Assembly (NCBI GenBank): GCA_030626475.1
Contig: DAOUOW010000001.1
Coordinates: 108 to 64,107 of the forward strand
DNA: 64,000 nucleotides
From: Chloroflexota bacterium
Lineage (GTDB): Bacteria; Chloroflexota; Dehalococcoidia; E44-bin15
Reading direction: 5' to 3'
Positions 1 to 9,239 of this stretch are shown piece after piece. Under the pieces are notes generated by a model. That model saw nothing but the letters and a program-made list of their open reading frames with translations, made no database searches and was not told the DNA's origin. Every line of letters starts with the position of its first letter. Position 1 is the first letter of the stretch. The translations under genes and the position numbers were made by a program.

Positions 1-2
1 AC

Positions 3-812
3 CTGGAGGTCATCGCCAAGCAAACGGTGGGATTCAGCGGTGCTGACCTTGCCAACCTGGTGAACGAGGCAGCTATCCTGGCTGCCAGACGCAATAAGAA
101 GGCCATCGGCCTTGCCGAACTGGAGGAATCCATTGACCGGGTGATGGCTGGCCCAGAGAGGAAGAGCAGGGTCATAAGCCACAAGGAGAAGGAGGTCACC
201 GCTCACCATGAGGCTGGCCATGCTTTGGTAGCAAGGATGCTGCCCCATGCCGACCCGGTGCACAAGGTTACCATCGTCACCCGAGGGATGATGGCGGGTT
301 ATACCCGCTTCCTGCCGGCCGAGGACCGCTCTCTATGGACGCGTTCCCAGCTCAACGACCAACTGGCAAGCATGCTGGGTGGTCATGCCGCTGAGGACCT
401 TATCTTTGGCGAAATGACCACCGGAAGCCGCAGCGACATCGAGCAGGCAACGAAAATTGCGCGCAAGATGGTCACCGAATGGGGGATGAGCGAGAGGCTA
501 GGCCCACGCACTTTTGGACGCAGGGAAGAGCTGGTATTCCTGGGCCGAGAGGTGGCGGAGCAGAAAGACTATAGCGAGAAGACAGCCCAGAAGATCGATG
601 AGGAGGTTAACGCCGTTATCCAGCATGCCCATGATGTAGCTACAGAGATCCTCACCAAGAATAGAGCCAAGCTGGTGCAGTTAGCGGAGGCATTGATCGC
701 TGAAGAGACCCTAGAGGGTAAAGATCTGGAGGCGCTGTTCAATGCCCCCGTTCCCTCGCCTGCTGAGGAGCAGGCATCCGAAGAGCAGAAGCCATCCGAC
801 TTGCCTGATTAG
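3..812 (+). CDS. ftsH: ATP-dependent zinc metalloprotease FtsH (C-terminal part, 5' truncated by window)
   Basis: GFSGADLANLVNEAA AAA lid motif, HEAGH zinc motif, M41 peptidase tail. Confidence 0.97.
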   Translation: MEVIAKQTVGFSGADLANLVNEAAILAARRNKKAIGLAELEESIDRVMAGPERKSRVISHKEKEVTAHHEAGHALVARMLPHADPVHKVTIVTRGMMAGYTRFLPAEDRSLWTRSQLNDQLASMLGGHAAEDLIFGEMTTGSRSDIEQATKIARKMVTEWGMSERLGPRTFGRREELVFLGREVAEQKDYSEKTAQKIDEEVNAVIQHAHDVATEILTKNRAKLVQLAEALIAEETLEGKDLEALFNAPVPSPAEEQASEEQKPSDLPD

Positions 813-813
813 T

Positions 814-1200
814 ATGTTTGAAGCGACGCAAAACCCTATCGATCCCCATCTTGTCCTGGACAGCCTGAAAAGGGATACCCACGGTGCTCTGGTAAGCTTC
901 ATCGGGACGGCACGGGGATATTCCGCAGACGGAAAGAGGGTCCTCTTTGTCGAGTGTGAAGGGGACAAGGAAGTGGTGGAGCAGAAGTTGCAGGAGGTGG
1001 GTGATGATATTCGTAAGCGGTGGCAGCTTGAGGATATAGCTCTTTGCCACCGGCTGGGTCGGATCGGAGTGGGGGAAACCATCCTAGTTGCTGCTGTTGC
1101 CGCCCCTCACCGCCAGGAAGCCTTTGAGGCCTGCCAATACGCAATCGACCGCGTCAAAGAAAGGGTTCTGCTAAGGGAGGTTTTAGCTGAAGGGGCTTAG
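814..1200 (+). CDS. moaE: Molybdopterin synthase catalytic subunit MoaE-like (divergent)
   Basis: GALVSFIGTAR, HRLGRIGVGE, AAPHRQEAFEACQYAIDRVK; ATG at 814 directly after ftsH stop. Confidence 0.8.
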   Translation: MFEATQNPIDPHLVLDSLKRDTHGALVSFIGTARGYSADGKRVLFVECEGDKEVVEQKLQEVGDDIRKRWQLEDIALCHRLGRIGVGETILVAAVAAPHRQEAFEACQYAIDRVKERVLLREVLAEGA

Positions 1201-1230
1201 CCCCTATTTTGGCTATATGCTCAGGGTTAG

Positions 1231-2223
1231 TTAAAAGAGCTCGCCGAAGGAGATAAGGAGCCAACTGATCCCGGCGCATATAGGAAAGGTCAGCACCCAG
1301 GCGAGAACGATGTTTCCAGCGACACCCCAGCGCACTGCGGAAAGCCGTTTTGTCGCCCCCACCCCCATAATGGAGGTGCTGATGCAATGGGTGGTGCTCA
1401 CCGGGATGCCAAAGCTAGAGGCAACCTCGATAACCGCTGCCGCCGAGCCTTGGGCGGCAAAGCCGTGAACCGGGCGCAGGGCGGTGATCCTTGTCCCTAC
1501 AGTCCTTACAACGCGCCAGCCGCCAAGTAAAGTGCCCAGAGCGATGGCCGAGCCGGAAAGGACCCACATCCAGGGGTCAATTTGAAGCTGATCCGTGCCG
1601 CGATGGATCATAAGGGCCAGAGCGATGATGCCTATGGGCATCTGGCCATCGTTCTTGCCATGGCTGTAAGCTAAAAAAGCAGCGGTGAGGATCTGGAGGC
1701 GACTGAAAAGGCCTTCCACCCTGAGCGGAGCAGCACGCCGAAGTATCCAGGATAAGCCAACCATCACGGTTAGGCCTCCGGCAAAGCCTAAGAGAGGGGC
1801 GATACCTACTGCCGAGAGCACCTTGCCAAAACCACTCCACATAATAACCCCGCTCCCCTCAGCGGCAAACCCTGCCCCCACCAGCCCGGCAATAAAGCCG
1901 TGGCTTATGCTCACGGGAAGACCCAAGAAGGTTGCTGCCGCTCCCCAGATAATCACCGCAGCCAGGGAGGCAAATATGATGTCATAGCCCTCGCTGAGCA
2001 CACCTGGGTTGATGATCTTGGTGCCTATGAATATAGCTACTGCTGTTCCGGTGGCTGCGCCGGCGAAGTTCATAACGGCAGCCATGCCTACGGCACGGAG
2101 AGGAGAGAGAACGCGGGTACTTACTACAGTGGCGATAGCATTAGCGGCGTCGTTGAAACCATTAACAAGAGCAAAGCCGATAGCGAAAATTATGACAAAA
2201 ATGAAAAGCGCCGACTCAGGCAC
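1231..2223 (-). CDS. pit: Pit-family inorganic phosphate transporter
   Basis: GFNDAANAIAT and HGKNDGQ repeats, PVSTTH, multiple TM segments. Confidence 0.95.
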   Translation of the reverse strand: MPESALFIFVIIFAIGFALVNGFNDAANAIATVVSTRVLSPLRAVGMAAVMNFAGAATGTAVAIFIGTKIINPGVLSEGYDIIFASLAAVIIWGAAATFLGLPVSISHGFIAGLVGAGFAAEGSGVIMWSGFGKVLSAVGIAPLLGFAGGLTVMVGLSWILRRAAPLRVEGLFSRLQILTAAFLAYSHGKNDGQMPIGIIALALMIHRGTDQLQIDPWMWVLSGSAIALGTLLGGWRVVRTVGTRITALRPVHGFAAQGSAAAVIEVASSFGIPVSTTHCISTSIMGVGATKRLSAVRWGVAGNIVLAWVLTFPICAGISWLLISFGELF

Positions 2224-2845
2224 GCTTTATCATTACCCCTTCGAGGATATCAGCGATGTCCTCGCATCTGTCGACGGCGTTCTCCATGTTTTCATAGATC
2301 TCCATCCACTTGATCACATTAGTGACGTCCACCTGCTCATGGAAAAGCTCTGCCAGGGCGGAGCGTCTCACAGCGTCAGCCTCATTTTCCAGTCGATTTA
2401 TCTCGATGCAGTGCTCTCTCATGTGGCTCAGCTCACGGCGGTGGCGCAGCCGGGGTATTGCTTTGCTCACCTCGGTAGTCACCGTGACCAGGATATCGGC
2501 TATCTCCTTCGCCCTCTCCGTAGGTTTTTCAATGCCGTAGAGTACCATGCGCACAGCAGCAGCTTCGATGAAGTCCATCACATCGTCCATACGATTGGCA
2601 AGCAGGGCAATGTCCTCCCTGTCGATGGGGGTAACAAAGGTGCCATGAAGTTGGGCAATGATGCGGTGGGTGATGTGGTCCCCGTGGTGTTCCAGCTCAG
2701 TGATTTGCCCTATCTTTCCCTCCACATCCTCCCAATTATGCAGCAGTTCAGCGAGGAGACTGGCCGCCTTTACGAAGTTATGGGTGCTCTCCTCAAAGAG
2801 GTCGAAGAACTTTGCCTCCCGTGGCAGGAAATGGAATCTACGCAA
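2216..2845 (-). CDS. DUF47 / PhoU-like phosphate transport regulator
   Basis: LEHHGD, FVTPIDREDI, LENEAD, DRCED motifs; overlaps pit start; AAGGAG RBS before TTG. Confidence 0.93.
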   Translation of the reverse strand: MRRFHFLPREAKFFDLFEESTHNFVKAASLLAELLHNWEDVEGKIGQITELEHHGDHITHRIIAQLHGTFVTPIDREDIALLANRMDDVMDFIEAAAVRMVLYGIEKPTERAKEIADILVTVTTEVSKAIPRLRHRRELSHMREHCIEINRLENEADAVRRSALAELFHEQVDVTNVIKWMEIYENMENAVDRCEDIADILEGVMIKRA

Positions 2846-2870
2846 GGGCTATCTCCTTTTATATCAGCTT

Positions 2871-2899
2871 AAATTAGCAGAGAGGAGCCGCATTGTCAA
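2871..2899 (-). promoter_or_regulatory. sigma70-type promoter for DUF47-pit
   Basis: TTGACA-17 bp-TAATTT on minus strand. Confidence 0.55.
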
Positions 2900-2959
2900 T
2901 ACAATTCTCTTTAAGCCAGCAATCTGATATAATAATTGAATGCGCTAAAGGGAGGCTGT

Positions 2960-3376
2960 TTGAGCAAAAGGTTTGAGGTCATCGAACATACGGCAGATGT
3001 GTGCATTGCCGCCTATGGCTCAGACGTAAAGGAGGCGTTCGCCAACGCTGCTTATGCCCTCTTTAGCCTGATGATTGACCTTAAGCATGTCAGCGATAAC
3101 CTTGACCGCGAGGTGGAGGTGACGGCGGAGAATCAACAGGACCTTCTTGTAGCCTGGCTCAACGAGCTGATCTATCTTTTTGAGGTGGAGGGCATCCTGT
3201 TTAAGAGGTTTAGGATTGATGAGCTCACCGAGACCAAGCTTAAGTCGAGGTGCTATGGGGAGAAGGTGGACCCGGTGCGACATAAGATAAGGGTGGGGGT
3301 CAAGGCAGCTACCTACCATATGCTCAAGGTAGAGAAGAACAACGGATTTAGAGTTCAGGTGCTGTTCGATATTTAG
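2960..3376 (+). CDS. Archease
   Basis: EHTAD N-terminal motif, VKAATYH, C-terminal FDI; GGAGG RBS before TTG 2960; next to rtcB. Confidence 0.95.
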   Translation: MSKRFEVIEHTADVCIAAYGSDVKEAFANAAYALFSLMIDLKHVSDNLDREVEVTAENQQDLLVAWLNELIYLFEVEGILFKRFRIDELTETKLKSRCYGEKVDPVRHKIRVGVKAATYHMLKVEKNNGFRVQVLFDI

Positions 3377-3381
3377 AGGGG

Positions 3382-4848
3382 GTGATGGCGATGCCGCGTT
3401 GGCAGGGAACATTAAAGAAAATAGATGATTATCGCTGGGAGATCCCTCAAAGCTACAAGGCGGGTATGAGCGTGCCCGGGCTTATTTATGCCGACGAGGC
3501 CATGCTAGAGCATATTCGGGAGGACCAGACCCCAGAGCAGGTGGCCAACGTTGCTTGCCTCCCCGGGATCGTCGCCAAGTCCCTGGCTATGCCCGATATC
3601 CACTGGGGCTACGGTTTCCCCATAGGGGGGGTTGCTGCTACCAGGGTTGAGGATGGCGTGATCTCTCCTGGAGGGGTGGGCTATGACATTAACTGTGGGG
3701 TGCGCCTCCTCCGCACTAATCTGATGAAGGAGAAGGTCAGCCCCAAGATTGAGGAGCTGGTATCCGAGCTTTATCGAGCTATCCCTTCAGGGGTGGGCTC
3801 TCAGGGAAGATTGAGGTTGGGCCAGAAGGAAATAGACAAGGTTCTGGTCATGGGCGCCAGATGGGCGGTGGAGCAGGGATATGGGGAGGCGAGGGATTTG
3901 GAGGTCACTGAGGCCAACGGGAGTATGCCTGGTGGTGATCCCCAGTGTGTGAGCACTAAAGCGAAGCAGCGAGGCGGTCCCCAGCTAGGGACCTTGGGCG
4001 CGGGGAACCATTTTCTGGAGGTTGAGGTAGTGGAGGAGATCTACGAGCCTGCTATCGCTGCGGTCATGGGGATTGAAAAGGTGGGGCAGGTGCTGCTCCT
4101 GATTCACACCGGCTCGCGAGGCTTTGGTCATCAGGTTTGCACCGACCATTTAGTGACTATGGGAGCGGCGGTGCAGAGATATGGCATCCACCTACCCGAC
4201 CGCCAGCTTGCTTGTGCCCCGGTGAAATCCCCGGAGGGCAAGGACTACTTTGCCGCTATGGTCTGCGCTGCCAACTATGCCTGGGCCAATCGCCAGTGCA
4301 TCACCCACTGGGCACGGGAATGCTTCGTTAAGGTCTTTGGCCAGAGCCAGCGTGAACTGGGCCTGGAGATGGTATATGATGTGGCGCACAATATCGCCAA
4401 GATGGAGGAGCACGAGGTAGATGGGAAGAGGGTTTCCCTCTGCATCCATCGCAAGGGGGCAACCAGGGCCTTCCCCACGGGACATCCGGAGGTTCCCGCT
4501 ATCTATGCCGAGATTGGGCAGCCAGTGCTCATCCCTGGCGATATGGGTCGCTACTCCTACGTCCTGGTAGGCACACAGAGGGCGATGGAGGAAACCTTTG
4601 GTTCCACCTGTCATGGGGCAGGCAGGTTGCAGAGTCGCACGGCAGCCAAGCGAAGCCAGCGCGGGGTTGATGTTGCCCGAAGGCTCGCTCAGAGGGGAAT
4701 TACAGTCAAGACAGGAAGCATGGCGTCCCTCGCTGAGGAGGCATCAGAGGCATATAAGGATGTCACTGCAGTGGTGGAGGTAACCCACAGGGCAGGGATC
4801 TCACGTAAGGTGGCCAAAGCAAGACCCCTAGGGGTAGTCAAGGGCTAG
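3382..4848 (+). CDS. rtcB: RNA-splicing ligase RtcB
   Basis: MPDIHWGYGFPIGG, VGYDINCG, GNHFLE, HTGSRG, HRKGAT, STCHGAGR. Confidence 0.97.
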   Translation: MMAMPRWQGTLKKIDDYRWEIPQSYKAGMSVPGLIYADEAMLEHIREDQTPEQVANVACLPGIVAKSLAMPDIHWGYGFPIGGVAATRVEDGVISPGGVGYDINCGVRLLRTNLMKEKVSPKIEELVSELYRAIPSGVGSQGRLRLGQKEIDKVLVMGARWAVEQGYGEARDLEVTEANGSMPGGDPQCVSTKAKQRGGPQLGTLGAGNHFLEVEVVEEIYEPAIAAVMGIEKVGQVLLLIHTGSRGFGHQVCTDHLVTMGAAVQRYGIHLPDRQLACAPVKSPEGKDYFAAMVCAANYAWANRQCITHWARECFVKVFGQSQRELGLEMVYDVAHNIAKMEEHEVDGKRVSLCIHRKGATRAFPTGHPEVPAIYAEIGQPVLIPGDMGRYSYVLVGTQRAMEETFGSTCHGAGRLQSRTAAKRSQRGVDVARRLAQRGITVKTGSMASLAEEASEAYKDVTAVVEVTHRAGISRKVAKARPLGVVKG

Positions 4849-4893
4849 CTGTATAGTAATTGCGCATCCAGATTTCAACTCTGCCCTGGCTCG

Positions 4894-4923
4894 TTGACAG
4901 CAGGGAAGCAATGGTGATAAACT
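4894..4923 (+). promoter_or_regulatory. sigma70-type promoter for Na+-decarboxylase subunit genes
   Basis: TTGACA-18 bp-TAAACT with TGn extended -10. Confidence 0.5.
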
Positions 4924-4978
4924 GGGCAAAGTTTTTTGCAACGCTTTGATAGCATAGGTCGTAATCTAAGGAACAAAG

Positions 4979-5272
4979 GTGAGCGAAGCTTATAGTGATG
5001 CGTTGGCAATAACCATAATAGCTGTGGGAGCCCTCATTGTTATTTCCTTCTTTTTTATCGGGGTAACCCGCGTCCTGGAATGGGTGGCGAGGCGTGGTGT
5101 CAATGAGGTAGAGGTCAGCGCCCCAGCAGAAGCAGCGAGGAGGAAAAGGGCGCTAATCGCCGCTGCAGCCATAACTCGTTACCTGAAGGCGGAGCGGCGC
5201 GGCACTCCAGGAAGATCCAGAGAAAGCACAGCCGCTAAACCTGAGCCCAGTGAACAAGATGAGGAAAAATGA
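4979..5272 (+). CDS. OadG/MmdD-like small membrane subunit of Na+-translocating decarboxylase
   Basis: Single N-terminal TM helix, linker, ALIAAAAITRY motif; upstream of biotin carrier and beta subunit. Confidence 0.75.
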   Translation: MSEAYSDALAITIIAVGALIVISFFFIGVTRVLEWVARRGVNEVEVSAPAEAARRKRALIAAAAITRYLKAERRGTPGRSRESTAAKPEPSEQDEEK

Positions 5273-5676
5273 AGCGGAAATTCAAGATCACCATAGAGGG
5301 TGAGAGCTACGAGGTAGAGGTGGAGGAGATTGAGGAAGCGGGGCCTAAAGCTCCGCCGTCGCCGGCTAAGGCTCCTCCCACTACTCCAGGGAGGCCCCCA
5401 GCAGACCCTAGAGCGTCATCCTCTTCGGTAACAAAGCCACCACCAGCCAAGGTTGCGGCTGAGGAAGTGGTTACCTCTCCCATGCCGGGAACAATTGTCT
5501 CCATCAAGGTCAAAACTGGCGATGTGGTGAAGACAGGCGACATTCTGCTCATATTGGAGTCGATGAAGATTCAGAACGAGATACCCGCTCCTCGGGATGG
5601 GAAGATAAAGCAAATATTTGTAGCTGAAGGTAAATATGTCAGGAGAAGGGAGCCGCTGGTAGCTATCGAGGGATAA
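5269..5676 (+). CDS. Biotin carboxyl carrier protein (MmdC-like)
   Basis: FKITIEGESYEVEVEE N-terminus, Pro/Ala linker, SPMPG...ESMKI biotinylation motif. Confidence 0.92.
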   Translation: MKRKFKITIEGESYEVEVEEIEEAGPKAPPSPAKAPPTTPGRPPADPRASSSSVTKPPPAKVAAEEVVTSPMPGTIVSIKVKTGDVVKTGDILLILESMKIQNEIPAPRDGKIKQIFVAEGKYVRRREPLVAIEG

Positions 5677-5679
5677 AGA

Positions 5680-6810
5680 GTGCTAGACAAAGTCGTCGAC
5701 TTCTTTCAATTCAGCGGTTTTGCCAATTTCCATTGGGGCAATCCGCTGATGATTTTAGTTGGCTGCGTGCTCATCTATCTCGCCATCCGCAAACAGTATG
5801 AACCCCTGCTTCTAATTCCAATAGGTTTCGGTGTCATCCTCGCCAATCTGCCCGTTACCGGTTTGATGGGGTCAGGTACCGAAGGAGGGCCCGAGGGACT
5901 CCTTTCCTATCTTTACCTGGGGGTAAAGTTTGCCATATTCCCCCCTATAATCTTCCTCGGCATCGGGGCGTTAACCGACTTCAGCCCCCTCCTCTCCAAC
6001 CCCAAGACCTTTTTCCTTGGGGGTGCCGCTCAGCTAGGCATCTTCGCTGCCCTCTTTTGCGCTCTGGCTGCTGGCTTCACCTTAAATGAGGCGGGGAGCA
6101 TTGGCATCATCGGCGGTGCCGATGGCCCTACGGCGATCTATACTTCAGCCCTGCTTGCTCCTAATATATTGGGTCCGGTGGCCATTGCTGCCTATTCCTA
6201 TATGTCTCTGGTACCCATTATTCAGCCGCCGATAATGAGGCTCCTCACCACAAAGAAAGAGAGAGCCATTGTCATGGAGGAGTCCCGCACCGTCTCCAGG
6301 CAGGAGCTCATCCTGTTCCCCATCATCGTTACGGTGATGGTGATCCTGTTGCTGCCTAAAGCGGCACCACTAATCGGGATGTTGATGTTTGGCAATCTAC
6401 TCCGGGAGAGCGGGGTTGTGGAGAGATTGGCGAGAACAGCGGGGAATGAGCTCATAAATATCATCACCATCTTTCTGGCGCTGTCTATCGGGGCAACGAT
6501 GGCTGCGGATACGGTGCTCACCTGGAAGGTCATCGAGATATTTGGCTTAGGTCTCTTCGCCTTTGCTTTCGGGACGGCAGGGGGTGTTTTGATCGGGAAG
6601 GTGATGTGCAAGCTGACCAAGGGTCGGGTCAATCCCCTCATCGGTGCTGCCGGGGTTTCTGCAGTTCCTATGTCCGCTAGAGTGGTCCAGGCTGAGGGGC
6701 AGCGAGAGAATCCACAGAATTTCCTCCTCTATCATGCCATGGGACCAAATGTTGCTGGAGTCATCGCCTCTGCTACCGTGGCCGGATTACTGATAAGCTT
6801 CTTAGAGTAG
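5680..6810 (+). CDS. Na+-translocating decarboxylase beta subunit (OadB/MmdB family)
   Basis: YEPLLLIPIGFG, GIIGGADGPTAIY, GVSAVPMSAR, HAMGPNVAGVI. Confidence 0.96.
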   Translation: MLDKVVDFFQFSGFANFHWGNPLMILVGCVLIYLAIRKQYEPLLLIPIGFGVILANLPVTGLMGSGTEGGPEGLLSYLYLGVKFAIFPPIIFLGIGALTDFSPLLSNPKTFFLGGAAQLGIFAALFCALAAGFTLNEAGSIGIIGGADGPTAIYTSALLAPNILGPVAIAAYSYMSLVPIIQPPIMRLLTTKKERAIVMEESRTVSRQELILFPIIVTVMVILLLPKAAPLIGMLMFGNLLRESGVVERLARTAGNELINIITIFLALSIGATMAADTVLTWKVIEIFGLGLFAFAFGTAGGVLIGKVMCKLTKGRVNPLIGAAGVSAVPMSARVVQAEGQRENPQNFLLYHAMGPNVAGVIASATVAGLLISFLE

Positions 6811-6832
6811 TGGGAAATAGGGGCGGAGCTTT

Positions 6833-7933
6833 TTAGATATTAAAGAGGAAGGTGCTCACATCACCATCACGCACGATGTAGTCCTTTCCCTCCACATGGA
6901 GCAGACCCTGTTTCCGTGCCTCAGCGATGCTGCCGCATTTCACTAAATCGTCAAATGCAATGACCTCCGCCCTGATGAATCCCCGTTCCATATCGGTGTG
7001 GACCTTCCCCGCTGCCTTCACTGCCGGTGTTTGGCGGTGAATAGTCCATGCTTTTACCTCATCGGAGACCACAGTGAAGAAGGAGATAAGCCCTAATAGC
7101 TCATAGGAGAGCCTGATCATCAAGTTTAGCGCCGCTTCTTCCAGACCCAGGGCAGAGCAAAACTCCTGGGCATCGGCATCTTCAAGCTGGGATAGCTCCA
7201 TCTCAAGCTTGCCACAGAGGACAACAGCTTGAGATTGTGAGCGTTGATATTTGGCCCGCCACTCCTGCTCCAGGGAGGAGGTTTGAGATAGCCTGTCCTC
7301 CCCGATATTGAACACCAGAAGCAGGGGCTTGGCGGTGAGAAACTGGTAGCTCAGGATCGCCTTTTTCTCCTCCTCAGTCAATTCCTGCTCCCGAATCGGC
7401 ACCTCATTTTCCAGGGCGCTCCTGATGTTAGCCAAAAGGGCTTTCTCCCTGGAGAAAGCCTCGCGCTCGTGGGGCTTCGCTGCTTTGAGGGAGGTCTCTA
7501 TCCGCTGCAGCCTCCTTTCGATGATGGCAAGGTCAGAGAAGGCAAGCTCCAAATCCAAATTGGCGACGTCTCTTTCTGGGTCGATGCTGCCATCAATATG
7601 GGGCACCGTTTCATCTTCGAAGGCACGCACCACATGGAGCAGGGCATCTGCTTTGCTCAGGTGGGCAAGGAACTGACCGCCAACCCCCTCACTCCGCCCC
7701 CAACCTTTAGGAGGCGCTGCCAGGTCCACATAGGTTACTTCAGCCGCGACTTTCCTCTTGGGGTGAAACATCTGATCCAGGACTTCGAGTCTGGGATCGG
7801 GCACCTTGGCCACCCCCATATTGGGCCCCGCAGCTGCGGGGGTATAGACGCCGACCTCGGCCTTGCCCCTGGTCACGGCATTGAACACTGTTGTCTTGCC
7901 GCTTTTTGGCAGCCCAATGATGGCAATTTCCAT
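6833..7933 (-). CDS. ychF: Redox-regulated ATPase YchF
   Basis: GLPKSGKTT P-loop, VPDPRL, AAGKVHTDMERGFIRAEV TGS region. Confidence 0.95.
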   Translation of the reverse strand: MEIAIIGLPKSGKTTVFNAVTRGKAEVGVYTPAAAGPNMGVAKVPDPRLEVLDQMFHPKRKVAAEVTYVDLAAPPKGWGRSEGVGGQFLAHLSKADALLHVVRAFEDETVPHIDGSIDPERDVANLDLELAFSDLAIIERRLQRIETSLKAAKPHEREAFSREKALLANIRSALENEVPIREQELTEEEKKAILSYQFLTAKPLLLVFNIGEDRLSQTSSLEQEWRAKYQRSQSQAVVLCGKLEMELSQLEDADAQEFCSALGLEEAALNLMIRLSYELLGLISFFTVVSDEVKAWTIHRQTPAVKAAGKVHTDMERGFIRAEVIAFDDLVKCGSIAEARKQGLLHVEGKDYIVRDGDVSTFLFNI

Positions 7934-8036
7934 CTTTTCGCCCTGTTGCCACTAAGGCTATCATACCATATTCTGAATGATGGCTCTAGCCTGATGTTGA
8001 GCCATGCGCTAGAATAGAGGCGGAAAAGGAGGGCTG

Positions 8037-8993
8037 TTGCTCTACATACTTTTTGGCGCTGATGATTTCTCCCTTCGAGAAGAGCTGAAGAGGATCGAAG
8101 AGGGCCTGGGTGAGGGTGAGCTACTGGCATCCAACATCACGCTCTTTGACGGACGCCAGTTACGGTTAGGTCAACTCACGGATGTCTGTTATGCGGCGCC
8201 CTTTTTAGGTTTTCATCGCCTGGTCATCGTGGAGGGGCTTCTGGCCCGTGTTGAAGCGAGCGCCGACGATTGGCTGGCACTCAAAGACGCTGTCGCTGCT
8301 ATGCCACCGACCACGGTGCTGGTGCTTATCGATGGTCAACTGAAGAAGAATAACCCCTTGCTCCGTGAGCTTAGACCCCTAGCCACGGTGAAGGAATTTC
8401 CCCTGTTGCGCGGGGCAGCACTGAGGCAATGGATTGAGGAGCGAGTGACACGGGAAGGGGGCACCATCTCCCCCCAGGCGCTGAGGCTGCTTGCGGCGCT
8501 GGTGGGGAACAACCTCTGGGTTTTGGCCAGCGAGATCGAGAAGTTGCTCCTCTATGCCTCAGGACAGCGTATCGAAGAGGAAGATGTGAAGCGAGTGGTG
8601 AGCTACGCTCAGGAGGCGAGCGTCTTCACCATGGTTGACGCCCTCATCGAGGGCAGAGCCTCGACTGCAGCGCGATTGCTGCACCAGATGCTCGAGGAGG
8701 GGGCAACAGCACCCTATCTTCTAGTCATGATCACCAGGCAGCTTCGCCTTCTGCTTCAGGTAAAGGAGCTTGTCCTCAGCGGGGTTTCCCCTTCTGCGAC
8801 TAAGGGCCGGCTGGGTTTAGCCTCGGAGTATAGCCTGACCAAGGCGCTGGAGCAAAGCAAACGCTACTCCATGAAAAGGCTGGAGCAGGTGTATAAAAAG
8901 CTCCTGGAGACGGATTTGGCGATCAAGACCGGGATGTGGAAGGGGGAGCTTGCCCTCGACATCCTCATTGCCGAGCTCTGCGGTGTGCCCTAG
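8037..8993 (+). CDS. holA: DNA polymerase III subunit delta
   Basis: LYILFGADDF start, EIEKLLLY, ETDLAIKTG C-terminal motif. Confidence 0.93.
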   Translation: MLYILFGADDFSLREELKRIEEGLGEGELLASNITLFDGRQLRLGQLTDVCYAAPFLGFHRLVIVEGLLARVEASADDWLALKDAVAAMPPTTVLVLIDGQLKKNNPLLRELRPLATVKEFPLLRGAALRQWIEERVTREGGTISPQALRLLAALVGNNLWVLASEIEKLLLYASGQRIEEEDVKRVVSYAQEASVFTMVDALIEGRASTAARLLHQMLEEGATAPYLLVMITRQLRLLLQVKELVLSGVSPSATKGRLGLASEYSLTKALEQSKRYSMKRLEQVYKKLLETDLAIKTGMWKGELALDILIAELCGVP

Positions 8994-9136
8994 ATTTCAG
9001 GTTTGCCACCCTGAACCGACCCTCATTTGACTGGACGACCAAGTGCCCTAACCCACCCTTGCCCCAACCACAAACCCCAGAATAGCACCCACTGTAACAC
9101 AAGCCCCGCCTGATGATGACAGCTCCAACTCCCCGC

Positions 9137-9165
9137 TTGACAGCGAGCGAGCAGGGGTTTAGCAT
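9137..9165 (+). promoter_or_regulatory. sigma70-type promoter for DUF169 gene
   Basis: TTGACA-17 bp-TAGCAT. Confidence 0.55.
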
Positions 9166-9239
9166 AGTCACATTCAGTTGAAATGGGAAATCCCGGTTAA
9201 CGTATGAAAAACAATCGAAAAGGCAAAGGAGAAAAGAAG

